From positions 11,295-75,294 of the forward strand of contig NW_004797434.1 in the NCBI RefSeq assembly GCF_000002075.1: 64,000 nt of DNA. Reading direction: 5' to 3'. This stretch comes from Aplysia californica (Eukaryota). Below the pieces are notes generated by a model. It was not told the origin of the DNA. It did no database searches and worked only from the letters and a program-made list of their open reading frames with translations. The position numbers and the translations under genes are program-made. How positions within the stretch are numbered: position 1 is the stretch's first letter; every line of letters begins with the position of its first letter. Shown here in pieces: positions 48,259-61,200 of this stretch.

Positions 48259-49424
48259 GAAGGTAAATTTCCCCTTTCTCTCCTGCACACAGATGCGCTG
48301 CTTTGGGGTCAAACTGCAGTACTTTTTGTGCAGATCACACATATAGCCACTAAAACTGCCGCTAATCAACTATTTTTTAAAGAAAATTTTCAAACCTTTT
48401 ACTGCAAAACATCAAATTATGGGTCAAAACAGGGGGGTAACCTCCAAAGAATTTGTTTTTCCGAGTGGCTAGCGTTTTGCTGCTCAATTGAATTCTGCCT
48501 CTAAACTGGCAGAACTTCATGTTATCTTTCATTTCACCTCAAAAGGTGCAATTGTTTTGTTGTGGACTGAGAGAACTGTAATATCTTAATCAGAAACATT
48601 CCAGTACATTTGTTACACTCTAGTACTGACTTGGTCATGCATCGAATGGATAATTTAAAATCTTATTCTTATCAAGAACAATGAACTTGTGATGTTTACA
48701 AAATGATTCCAAGTGATTAAAACTGAAAAGTCTCATCTATAATTAATTTTGCTAGAATCTTTCTTTTCATTGATATGAGGCACGCGCTAACTGCTGGAAT
48801 GACAATTAAAATCCTTCATTGGCATTTTTAAAGTGGCTTTACAAAATTCATGTTAAATATGTAGTTTTATTTCCATGCCATTCATTCCTTGTTGCTCTCT
48901 CTCTCTTTCTCTCTCTCCTTGTCGCAGAGCAACTACACACCTTGTTGACAGTGAAATAAATCCCAGGCAGTCAGTACTAGGTGACCGGCTCCTCTGGGTG
49001 GGCAGAAAAATGCTAGCTACCCGAAGTCCTGCTGTCAGCACCTGCCTTTTTTTCTACTTAAGGGGGGGGGCCTTAAACCCCCCTATTGGTCTAAAACCTG
49101 AAAACTACTACGCTATTAGTAGTACTTAGGCCTAGGCTTAGTCACGAAGTTAAGGTGATTAAAATTGATTAAAAACCATCAAATACTTCAAAAACTAGAT
49201 CTAGATCTAGATTATTAATTTGCAACCGAAAAAGTTGATTGTCCTGTTCAGTGCATCAATATAAATAGGTTTTTGTAGGCTTAGAAGAAAATGAACATCT
49301 CATAAAGAGTGAGATGGGAGTGAAAGTAAAAGAAAACAGAGAAGAAAATTTATAAATATATAAAATTTAAATCATCAATAACTCAAAAAGTAATGATTTG
49401 CGGCAGAGTCTATGATAAATTATG

Positions 49425-49867
49425 TATGTTACAACACAGTGGAATCAGGCACTCGTCAATTTTTGGGCTTGTGGAGTTATTCATATTGGTATCATCTCAA
49501 AGCTTAAATTTAATATCACTCTATCTTGAATAGAGCTCAAGAAAGTTGCGATTGAAGGAAGTGTTGTTGTCTTGCCTTGTTTCAGTGGTGAAATTAGCGA
49601 GAAAATGGGCGGCCAAGCAAAGTTTGGTAACTCTTAACAGCTAAAGAGTCCTTGAAAACAGAAAAATGATATATTTTGTGCTTTTAATCTTTTAATCAAT
49701 GTTTTTTAGCAGTTCATATGAAATGTGTTTTTATATGGACACAAAAGAGGTTGAGCCAAAAAGAAAAATCTGCTAAAAAATATTTCCAACAAACTGGAGG
49801 AAAAATGATTGTTTCTCCGTACTCTGTATTTTGACAAGCGCCTGATTTTACCATGCTGCCTCACATA
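49425..49867. mobile_element. Dispersed TIR element, paralog of 36970-37403
   Basis: Shared blocks aatcaggcactcgtcaatttttgggc, gcgattgaaggaagt, agtttggtaact, ttttgacaagcgc. Confidence 0.75.
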
Positions 49868-50017
49868 TGTGTGTTCAACAGATAAATTGAAGTAGAAAAG
49901 GGTACAAAGAAATTAGACTTGAGTTTGAGACCGGTCCATAGCCATCATAATATAAGTCCATAATAAGCCTGGAACGATACAAAAGCGGATAGCTTGAGAA
50001 CGACAACTAAACGCCAT

Positions 50018-50649
50018 TGGCCGATATTTATAGCAACAGCCATCTTGTTTAACGTCATTGAAGGATTCCCACAGGTCAGTCATGGTGGCAAAACTCCCGC
50101 ACGACAGCAGCCTGCCGAGACTTGGATTATTTTCTTTGCAACTTGCCGAACTGTTCGGTTCAGTTGTCTGTGATTGTGCAGCACCCTTCGTTCGCCCAGA
50201 TTGATTCTGAAGCTGTACACTACGTAAACACTGAGAAGAAGAAGAAGACTAAGAGTAGGCCTACGCCTACACACGTCAATGTGGATATGAAAGCAAGTTC
50301 AAACAAAGTTCAAAGACGCAGGCAGTGCAAATGATCGACCATTTCGATCAGGATCGTTTCTTTTAAAGTGTTGTAAGCACAAAAAATTAAGCACTTACGA
50401 GAGATTGGACTCTTCAATAAGAAGGATGCTGAGCTGCAAATGGAGTAGAATTAGACTATCTATAATCTATAAGAGTATAAATAATAAAATTATAATACTA
50501 AGGAGCTTGGAAACCGTCAGTGCAAACCACGCACTAGGCAAAATCATCACTATATTTTATATTTCAAATCACGATCAGATAACACGGCGGTCGGCGGGCA
50601 TCCGCCTTGCAAGGTCAAACAAGATGGCTGTTACTATAAATATCGGCCA
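50018..50649. mobile_element. TG...CA element with 36-bp TIRs
   Basis: 50018-50053 is the reverse complement of 50614-50649 (34/36); flanks gccat / gccgt. Confidence 0.75.
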
Positions 50650-51154
50650 GCCGTTCAGCTGTTCTCCAGCTAGATCTATCAGTTTGGTAGATCTAGATTC
50701 TAGATCTATATATCTAGATCTAGATATCTATCCCTTGAACGGATGAGTAGGCTTTGAGTAGTAGGCTATGAATAAGACTAGAATTCAGTAACTAAAGTAA
50801 AGGGTTGCTCCAGCCCTAACCTGTAGACCAGTAGTGAACTAGAGATCCTGGCCTCTTTGAACATTATAGCAGACCACCACTAGACGACTCTAGTCTAGAC
50901 TACCGCGATAGACGGGGGGGGGGGGGGGGGAGGGGTGCAGGGGGTTCACCCCCTGCTTAAGTCACAAAAATAATAGAACGATAGATCTAGATTTTAGATA
51001 TCTAGATCTAGATAATCTAGATCTAGATTTAGATAGGCCTAGACCTAGATCTAGAATCTAGATCTAATCTAGTTTACGACAGTTTTTAGTGCCAAAAAAG
51101 GTATTCCCGGCAGGTGGTCGGCTAATCTTCAATTTTAACGTGAACTAGACTAAA

Positions 51155-53298
51155 CGGTGATCTTACACTTTAGCACGTTAAATTCTTCAATTGAGGACTT
51201 CCGAAACGAGCCACCACTATCAGATCTGGATCAAATTCTATGCATCAAGATTATAATTATGGCCACCTCTATTCTCACCCGGAGTGAGAATAGTGCAGGC
51301 GAGTCTTGTGGCTATTCTCACCCGGTGCGCGTTCACCAAATTTTGCGTTCACCCTAAACCACAGAATTCTACACTGTGATAATAGTAATAGAAAAATTGT
51401 AGAATTCTGTGCCGTGAACAAACGTTCCATTACAACTGTAGCCTACTAAAAGCGTACAATTTTGTCTGTGGGCAGTGGAGAGAGAGAGAGAAAGAGAGAG
51501 AGGAGTAGCGCGAGAATTTCCGGGCAAAACAAAATGGCGACCCGCGTAGTTCGGCTCGATTCGAAAAGTTAAATAGCCGTAGCATCTTTGTAGACAACCA
51601 AATTAATTTACTTTTGTGTTTTAACATCATTTTTTAACTTTGTTTTGATCAATTTGATCGTCCACACCGATAGACAGTATTCAGAAAGAGAGAGAGAGAA
51701 AAGGGGAGGAGTTGATCTTGCGAGAACTTCCGGGCGGGTGAGAATAGCCACTTTCTATAATTATACTCAATGGCTTCCAAAATCATGATGGAAGAAATAT
51801 TCATTTCATTAGGCAACAGGAAAGTATCTTTGATTAACTTTTTAACAAATGTGCGAAATTGTATTATCGTTTGATGTCTAACATTATATTTATGTAGGCC
51901 ACCTCTATTCTCACCCGGGGTGAGAATAGTGCAGGCGGGTCTTGTGGCTATTCTCACCCGGTGCGCGTGTCAACAAATTTTGCGTTCACCCTAAACCACA
52001 GAATTCTACACTGTGATAAGAGAAAAATTGTAGAATTCTGTGCTGTGAACAAACGTTCCATTACAACTGTACTTGTAGCCTACTAAAAGCGTACAATTTT
52101 GTCTGTGGGCAGTGGAGAGAGAGAGAGTGAGAGAGTGAAAGAGAGAGAACAAAACAAAATGGCGACCCGCGTAGTTCGGCTCGATTCGAAAAGTTGAATA
52201 GCCGTAGCATCTTTGTAGACAACCAAATTAATTTACTTTTGTGTTTTAACATCATTTTTTAACTTTGTTTTGATCAATTTGATCGTCCACACCGATAGAC
52301 AGTATTCAGAAAGAGAGAGAGAGAAAAGGGGAGGAGTTGATCTTGCGAGAACTTCCGGGCGGGTGAGAATAGCCACTTTCTATAATTATACTCAATGGCT
52401 TCCAAAATCATGATGGAAGAAATATTCATTTCATTAGGCAACAGGAAAGTATCTTTGATTAACTTTTTAACAAATGTGCGAAATTGTATTATCGTTTGAT
52501 GTCTAACATTATATTTATGTAGGCCACCTCTATTCTCACCCGGGGTGAGAATAGTGCAGGCGGGTCTTGTGGCTATTCTCACCCGGTGCGCGTGTCAACA
52601 AATTTTGCGTTCACCCTAAACCACAGAATTCTACACTGTGATAAGAGAAAAATTGTAGAATTCTGTGCTGTGAACAAACGTTCCATTACAACTGTACTTG
52701 TAGCCTACTAAAAGCGTACAATTTTGTCTGTGGGCAGTGGAGAGAGAGAGAGTGAGAGAGTGAAAGAGAGAGAACAAAACAAAATGGCGACCCGCGTAGT
52801 TCGGCTCGATTCGAAAAGTTGAATAGCCGTAGCATCTTTGTAGACAACCAAATTAATTTACTTTTGTGTTTTAACATCATTTTTTAACTTTGTTTTGGTC
52901 AATTTGATCGTCGACACCGATAGACAGTATTCAGAAAGAAACAGAGAGAGAGAGAAGAGGGGAGGAGTAGATCTTGCGAGAACTTCCGGGCGGGTGAGAA
53001 TAGCCACTTTCATTTATGTATTCAAGTTTACACAATTGAATATCAAAATGTTGGAACAAATTTTGTCCCATAGAATTAACGTCTCTCCCTCCTCTCCCTC
53101 CCCCCCCTCTCTCTCTCCCTCACACACGCATACACACACACCCACATGCTCACCACACACACACATTTTTAGGCCCAGTTCAAAGTTTTGAAGGTCTGAG
53201 TCTGGGATTAGGCTAGATTTCTAGATCTAGATCTAGATCTAGTAGACTTTGGGCTTTGGGAATTCGGAAATTTAACGTGCTAAAGTATAAGATCACCG
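51155..53298. mobile_element. Composite non-autonomous TIR element (30-bp TIR, 6-bp TSD) carrying nested MITEs
   Basis: cggtgatcttacactttagcacgttaaatt ... aatttaacgtgctaaagtataagatcaccg (29/30); actaaa on both sides. Confidence 0.88.
51261..53011. repeat. 625-bp tandem repeat made of three Mutator-like MITE copies (51261-51755, 51897-52380, 52522-53011) and two identical 141-bp spacers
   Basis: Near-identical copies; G...C ends with an inverted ctattctcaccc 8 nt in from each end; 9-bp TSDs tataattat and atttatgta. Confidence 0.92.
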
Positions 53299-53723
53299 AC
53301 TAAACTAGTGTGTAGATTAGACTAGGCCTAAAGTCTAGATCTAGCCTACTTATTGAAAGTTAGTTATTGCATGAAATTAATTCAGCAAATTGAGAATAAA
53401 TCGTTCATCTAAAAAATATTAGGCTATTTGAGCATGGCATTAGATTTTTAAAATGTCTTCTGCTAGAAATCTAGAATAGGCTAAAATTAAATTTCATTTG
53501 TCCTCATCGTAACACGAACTGAGGGTTTTTGCTAAGACTAAGGTTCGATTGAGTTGAGAGTCCGAAGTTGCCAGAGTAGAGGCTAGATTTCTACGGCTAC
53601 ACTACTTTGGCTTCAAGACTAAGACTTTACCGTTGGTTAGTAAGTTTGCCAAGCGGCACAATAACAAAACAATAACAGTACAGTCGGACTGGACATCAAA
53701 ATCCTCAATGCTTCTCAGCTTAC

Positions 53724-54080
53724 CTCGTCAAAATTAGGAAAAAACGAAGGCTTAATCCATGGCAATGGATAATGGAACGTCCATAACACATTCAGCTCTT
53801 CTGCAGAACTTATAAAATCCAAAGAAAATTGAACACTGAATCCGCTACCGCTGTATGTTTAGGAGACAGGTAAACAAACGTCCAAATACGTTTGTTTACA
53901 CTATTCAAATGGGCCTGTATTTATGAAGACAAATGCAATCAACATGAAAAGCAATGCAAATTACGAATACACCCCTACAGTTTCCAAATTTACTTCGAAT
54001 TAATTAATTTCACAAAAATAACGGGCACATCAACTTGAAAACTACTTGTTTTTGGAACACTTCTAATCCACTATGGCGGC
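53724..54080 (-). other. KMT2E: Putative non-coding first exon of KMT2E (5' end approximate)
   Basis: Strong GAG|gtaagc donor at 53723 next to promoter motifs; the ATG exon has an acceptor at 43089, so an upstream exon is expected. Confidence 0.45.
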
Positions 54081-54400
54081 CATAATATTGAACATTTATG
54101 GGGTCTACACAGACGGTTAGCACGGCTTGTCTCACGAGATTATAAACGAAAAGAGCATTTTATTATAAAATTTATTTATATTGATTTTACTACATTTATA
54201 TTTGAGTAACTAAAACATAATTTCTATAAACAATAAATAATACAACAAAAATGTAATTCTGACGACTTCCGTAAATGTTTGGTTCAGCACGCATGCGCGA
54301 CAATCTGATAATGTCACATATCAATGCTCGTAGCTCTGCCGAAATAATAATAAACACGTCTTCATGTTTTTCTGTGCAACAACACCTTAGCCAGTGGTGG
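54060..54400. promoter_or_regulatory. Probable bidirectional promoter of KMT2E and CADPS
   Basis: YY1-like atggcggcc (54073), tctcacgaga resembling TCTCGCGAGA (54130), ETS acttccg (54265) and NRF1-like acgcatgcgc (54289), all just upstream of the CADPS ATG. Confidence 0.6.
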
Positions 54401-54418
54401 CTGTGCTGATTTGCGAAT

Positions 54419-55213
54419 ATGTTAGACCCGTCTTCCAGCGAGGAAGAATCTGAGAATGGTACTATTGAAGATGGGGACGAAAATAACTCAGATGTACTCA
54501 GCCTTCCTAGTGCAGAGCAAAGGAGCTTGTCTGCTAGCGGAGATAACTTGAGTGTTGTTGGTGGTCACTCACGTTCAAACAGCATAAGACCATCAAGTCC
54601 TAGTCCATCCTTAGTGAGTGACAGGGACAAGATAGATGACTTCGACAAAACTGAGAGAGAGGAGGAAGAAAGACGCCGCAGGCTGCAGCTGTACGTCTTT
54701 GTTATGAGGTGCATTGCATACCCATTCAATGCAAAACAACCAACTGATTTAGCTAGAAGGCAAACCAAAGTTACTAAAGCTCAATTGCAAACAATAAAGG
54801 AACGTTTCCATGCTTTTTTGAATGGGGAAACCCACATAGTGGCTGATGAAGCATTTACAAATGCTGTTCAGAGTTATTACGAAGTGTTTCTAAAAAGTGA
54901 CAGAGTTGCGAACATGGTTAGAAGTGGGGGTTGTTCTGCAAATGACTTCCGTGAAGTTTTTAAAAATAACATTGAAAAACGAGTGCGGAGTTTACCAGAA
55001 ATCGATGGTCTCAGCAAAGATACTGTAGTGAGTTCTTGGATGGCTAAATTTGATGCAATTTATCGTGGGGATGAAGACCCAAGGAAACAGCCTCAGAGGA
55101 TTTCAACTGCTGCGTCAGAACTCATTCTCAGCAAAGAGCAGTTGTATGAAATGTTTCAAAATATTCTCAACGTGAAGAAGTATGAACACCAAATTCTGTA
55201 TAATGCCTGCCAG
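54419..55213 (+). CDS. CADPS: CADPS coding exon 1
   Basis: 265 codons ending YNACQ|gtatgt. Confidence 0.97.
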
Positions 55214-58200
55214 GTATGTGTTGAATTTGATTATTGCCTTTAGTGTGTCTCAGTTTTTATCGATACCATTCGATTACTGATACTCTTTTACAACCTAGCC
55301 AGGCTACACTCGTTTTTGTTTTGTTAAATTGTTTTGCTTGTCTTGTTGAAACTGAGTTATAAGTTATATAGGCTATACTAGATCTATATTCAATTGTAGA
55401 AGAACAAGGATTTTCATTTGATTTATTTAGACAGACTGAATAATTGCTTAAGGAGACTTAACTTTTATTTTTTTTCATGTATTTTGACTTATTTGTTTGT
55501 TAAAATATAATTATTTAGGTTCCTTTTCATTATCTCTGTCTATATTTGGGGGAGGAAAGGGGGGGGGGGGGGGGCTGCTGACTGTTATGGTACTTTCCCC
55601 CCCCAATTCCTAATGCAATTAAAACGGTGTCTTGTACATTGCTACAGCCAAAATAAATTACAAACATGAACATTGCATAATATACAGTGATATATATATA
55701 TCCTTATAACACACAGACCACGTGAGATTTGAGAATTTCCTCTTGTTAAGCACATTTAATTTCCGATTTCGTGTGTAAGCTGAGTGCTAATGGAACAGAA
55801 CAAAACAGGGGAGGTGACTCCTTCTTTTTTTTGTTTACTGGATTGTGTAAATGGTCTTGTGTTGTTATGTGTATAAAGCCTAATACATGCAGAATTGCCA
55901 ACCTTGGGAAGCTGGAAAAAGGGGAAGCTTATTTTCAACCTTTGACTTTGACTCTCAGTCAGATAGATGCCTACAGCCTTGACCGCACAGAATGAGGTTC
56001 AAAGGAGGTTGTAGCTGTTTATTTCACTGTTTTCCATAGAGCTACTTTGACTCCGTTTAAGAACAAACTTGCATAATAACAAAACATGGTATTGATAAAT
56101 GATAAGTCTATAATAACTCTGCACTATTATATATATAATATAAAATTATTAAATCTAAATCTTGTTTTGTGAAAGTAGGACATCTTGATTGAATTAGGGA
56201 CAGTTGGCAGCTGTCCTGCAAAACAAAACCTCTCTCTCATTACTGTACTTGCTGTTGCATTGAAAAGGGGGGGGGACTTGGTGCCAGTTTAATTAAAGGC
56301 GAAGGTTTACTGTGATTGTTCTGGCTTAGTTGAAAATATACCATCGGACTGGTCTTCCAGTTTTCATACACACCCAGGCTTGGGATTTGTGACAATTGAT
56401 CACTTTACATTTCACTTTGCGTCTTCAGAGGCTTGACACTCAGACTGACATTATAATCCATATCAAACATTTATTGGTAGATGTAGTTTGTGGGGGTAGG
56501 GGTATTAGAAAATAGTTTCATCTGGTCACTTGCTGTCATGTCTTTCATTATATCTCTTCCACTGCACTACAAAATCTGTTGTAATATAAACGACACCACA
56601 ACATGATGCAATCCACCCACCCATTCACACTGCACTCAAGAAGTGAGTAAAGCCACCATCTCTGGTCTAAATAGTGTGCACCACCTCCCTCCCCCCAGTA
56701 GTCAATCAAGAGGGATTTTATATTTAATGAACAGTACCTAATCTACTAGACGGTGGTTGATTGGACAAGAAGTTGATGGTAGACCGCTGTAGCATGATAA
56801 GCCTTCAATAAATGGACACCGAAAACTTAATGTGGGGTCTTCTCTTCACTTTTAGTTTAAGCCCAAAATTACTTTGAAACAGTGTAACCAAATCTTTGGG
56901 AATTAAAAAAATTTGTTTAGTAAAGAAGATGTATTTCAATGCATAGAGTAAAGAGGGGAAAATGGAAATCTGAAATCCTTTTCTGTTAGCCATAAATTTT
57001 GTGTATGAACAGCTTTGTGTACAAAATCTACTGCAGTATTATTAGATTAGTTTTAAAGATCGGAAAGTTGCAAGAATGTTCTTGTGTAGTTTTTTAATGA
57101 GGTGCACTGCACTTAATAAGTTGGACTTGTTGTGGTTTGCTATTTTCATTACTCATCGTGGTTTTAAAAAAAATAGGAAATTGGGGGGGGAAGGGTCGAA
57201 ATTGAAGTGGCATTGGGAGAGCTGAGCTCTGGAACCATAGAGCCTACATTTTCTCAATAGCAGAGAAAAGATAAAAGTAAGTGGAAAAGTTAGTACAAGT
57301 TATTGCAAAAAAAAAATGATATGAGTGGCTGAATAGTCATAGTGTCGTCTCTGGTTTCAGGTTCTTTGTCCGTGGATAATTTGGGCTCTCTCTCTCAGGT
57401 TTTTCTCTTCAGTTAGTTATCTTTGGAAAGGTGACGTCAAGTTCGTAGTTTCCTGAGAAGAGGGTAGAATACTCTATTGAAGACCTCTTGGCAGTTGAAA
57501 GTTGAAACTGAGCAGTCCTTCCTTGAAAATTCTCAAAATTAATCTCAAGAAATGATCAGGAGTACTTTTGTAAAAGCATGTTGATGTTTAAAAGTAAAAG
57601 GCAAATAGCATTACACTTTTTATTTGGCAAAATAGCCATCCATATTTTCTTTCCTCTGTGTTTTGAAGACCTTGCGATTGACTGCCAGATATCGAGAAAA
57701 ACAAAAAACAAACCGAGTTTTTATCATTATTAAATCTTGGCAGGCAGTCCCCCCCGAGCAAAGATTCTCAAAGAATGAATGAGAACCGAAATTGTATTTT
57801 GTTGTTGTTTTTTTCTTTTAACTTCTGGCTTTTTGTTATACATTTGTTGTGTGTATGATGAGTTTGATTGTTTTAATAAAAGCCATGGCAGTGATTCTAT
57901 TTTTTACAGTGATTCTATTTTTTACCTTCATGAGCTGGTTCTTTCACAAGCAATAACAGTTCTTTTTTTTCCAAAAATTGATTTTTTTTCCCCCCCTCTC
58001 TCTCTTTCACCCAGACATTTACAAACACTCACACATGCATTCATAAATCATACACACACATGCAGACTCACTGAGACCCACGCTCCTTTCAATTGATTAT
58101 CCTGCTTTCCAGCACTATGGCAACTCCCCTTGTCTATTGATTGCTTCTCTCTGAAGTGGTCTTCTCTAGGGGGCCTATTATTATTTCCCTTTATTCTAAA

Positions 58201-61200
58201 CAGCCCAAAGGCCCCATTGATCATTCCCATTCATGCGGCCTCTACCAGAAAGCTATATTTAGAATCTTTATCTGTGATAGTCTTGATACTTATTTTGTCA
58301 GCGTGAGTTAGTACTAAAGCAGCTTATGAATTAGATCTTGGAACATTGTCTTTCTCTAATAGCGCACCTCTGTCTCTCATTTTTGTAATCATAATAGAGG
58401 TTTAGAGGGAAACAGAAACGCTCTCATTCTTCTTCTCTTTTAACATGATGAAAAATAAATCAATTAAACATTATGTGATTTACCTTTATTTTTACACTTC
58501 TTGTTAACTCTTTAGGTGTCCCTGATTATGTTACATAAAAACCACTTTCGCTTTATTTATTGCCTGTGAGGTTTGTTCCTGCCCTGAGTTTGCTTTTTAT
58601 TTTTATATGAGATCATAGGGAGAAAAACTCACCGCAGCGTTGAATAGCAAGTCCTTTTATGTATCAATAACGTCATGTATGGAAAATGAAATCATATCTA
58701 ACAAATATTGGTAAAATAACACCAAGAAAAACAACAACAATAAAGAACAGATGTCTATCATATCCAAGGAAATGAAATGCCAGTAACTCAACACTAAAAT
58801 GTCAAAACAATGGCAGTTGGACTGGCACTCTTGATACTGATCAGATAGCTTTCAGTGTGCTGTTGAGAATATTGCTCACTGGTGATAGAAATTCTTTAAT
58901 ATGGTAATGAATGAATTGTAACCAAATACTTTAAAAGATTAAACTGGATATATTTTTTGTTTAAAAAAATTGAAATCACTTTTGGGAATCATCAGATAAT
59001 TACACACACCATCCTTTCTTTAAAAAAAACTTCCAAAGAAACCATAACCCCACCTCCTTGAATAAAAAAATAGGATGGTGAGGATTTCCCTTTATCAAAG
59101 CGTTCCTTGTAGATTTCAAACCTGTGTGTATTCTTCTTTCACCCATTCCTAACCTACTGTGCCTCTGGGAGTTCTTTCAAAATTATATAAAAATATAGTT
59201 TCCTTGATATTGGCTAATATACTAAAATTGTAATTACTTTTTGATTTTATATGAATTCATCAGAAAAGATTTATCAATTACAACAGTTATTGCGGACAAT
59301 TTTTCGTTAGCGTAATGTAAGTTTTTAAAATGTTTTTTGTTTGGGTTTTTTTTTCAATCATAATTTATAACCTCTGTAAAAATATGATTTTTAGATGTGA
59401 ACCCATTGTCTATTTTATAATTTCAGCTGGACAATGCAGATGAACAAGCAGCCCAAGTACGGAGAGAGTTGGATGGGCGCCTTCATAATGTCGAAATGAT
59501 GGCAAGAGTAAGTCTGTTTGTCGTGTGATAGAAGAAAGGAAATGGGGGGAAAAGCTATCTAGACAAACTTATACTCTATGTTTCAACAAACCATCTTAAT
59601 TGATCTAGAATGTCCATTTGTTTTCTACTATTATGACATAAAGTAAGTAATAGCTCGTTCGTCAGTGTCTGACAATGACCAGTACATCGGCAGACGAGAT
59701 TCCAAATTTTGCACATTTAAAAGCTCCACTTCTATTTGTGGATGTGCGCAGCTTGTATTATGGGCTTTTCTCTTGGTTTCAGGGTAATTTTTTATTCGTG
59801 AAGCCTCATATAATGATGATTTACTACTCGCCCACTGTGACTGCTGCTATCCAGCTGGGTCTGTCAGGAGCAATGCTCTGGCAATGACAGTACAGTTACA
59901 TCATCGATATATACAATTTATTTTGTATCAGATACCAACATTTTCTTTGATGATATTCATTTCATTAGGCAACAGAAAGTATCTTTGATTAACTTTTTAA
60001 CAAATGTGCGAAATTGTATTTTCGTTTGATGTCTAACATTATGTGTTCAAGTTTACACAATATGAAAATGTTGGAACAAATTTTGTCCCATAGAATTAAC
60101 GTCTCTCCCTCCTCCCCCCCCCCTTCTCTCTCTCTCTCTCTCTCCCTCACACACGCATACACACACACCCACATGCTCACACACACACATTTTACACATA
60201 CACACAAACGTACACACTGAAACTCTCACTTTCAAGAAAAAGAATCGACAGTCATTGCTCAGGATGTGAGGGACATGTACAGCTGGCTTCTCAGAGGCCA
60301 GGTGACATGAAAGATTGTTACAGCCGACATTTTTCAACTTAAGACAAGTCATAAGTTATTGATCGCGGGCAACATCTGGGATTGGGGTCGATTCGTAACC
60401 ATCTGTGACCATGTTACTTACCTTGTTGTATTTATGCCATATTGACCCTTTTATGACAAAGCTACCCACTGATGGGGAAAATGCCCCAACCTAGACTCGC
60501 CCCAATAAATTATCGATTTTGTCTCATGTTTATTTGTTACTTAGTTGTTTGGGGGTTTTTTATGTGCATTTCCCGAAAAAAATTTGAGTATTTGTATTAA
60601 TACTTCAGATGCAGGTTATGATAATCACTCTGAGTTTGATTGTCATTTCTTCAGCTGCTTTATGACAATTTTGAAATACTGTATACTGTTGTAAAATTGA
60701 TTTTGTCTTGTGATCTGTACAAAACTGAAAGTGAAAGGGTTACTTCTTGGCACAGTGCATGCCCTCATATTTTTATCATTTCAGATATGTTGTATCTTTT
60801 TGAATGAACTTGTTTGGAACCTTTATGCTGCAAAATTGTTTTGTAAACATATTTTTGGAAGCTGCAGTGGATATATAGAGCTTTTTCCCCCACTTTATTT
60901 ACTTTGTAGAGTCTACTTTACTATGTTTTGACCAACCATTCTTCATTGTTCTAGAATATAATAGAAGATATAACCACCATGACCTGAAATTCACTGGAGG
61001 CTCAAAAGTTTTCACTTACCAATCAATATTTCTGTGCATAATCTTGTGCTAACAACTGCTTGAACTTTTTTGTGGGTAAAAAGTTTCATGGTCACAGATT
61101 TCACAGTAGAAGTTCTAGATTAAGATATTGGAGATTATCCTGAGGTTTAGATTTCCATGAGAGGAAACGTTCCATTTAGTAGTAAGTTTTGTCTTGGTCC

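Noticed and set aside
51430-52880. Repeated 64-102-aa ORFs
   Set aside because: By-products of the 625-bp repeat, crossing microsatellites; no protein motif.
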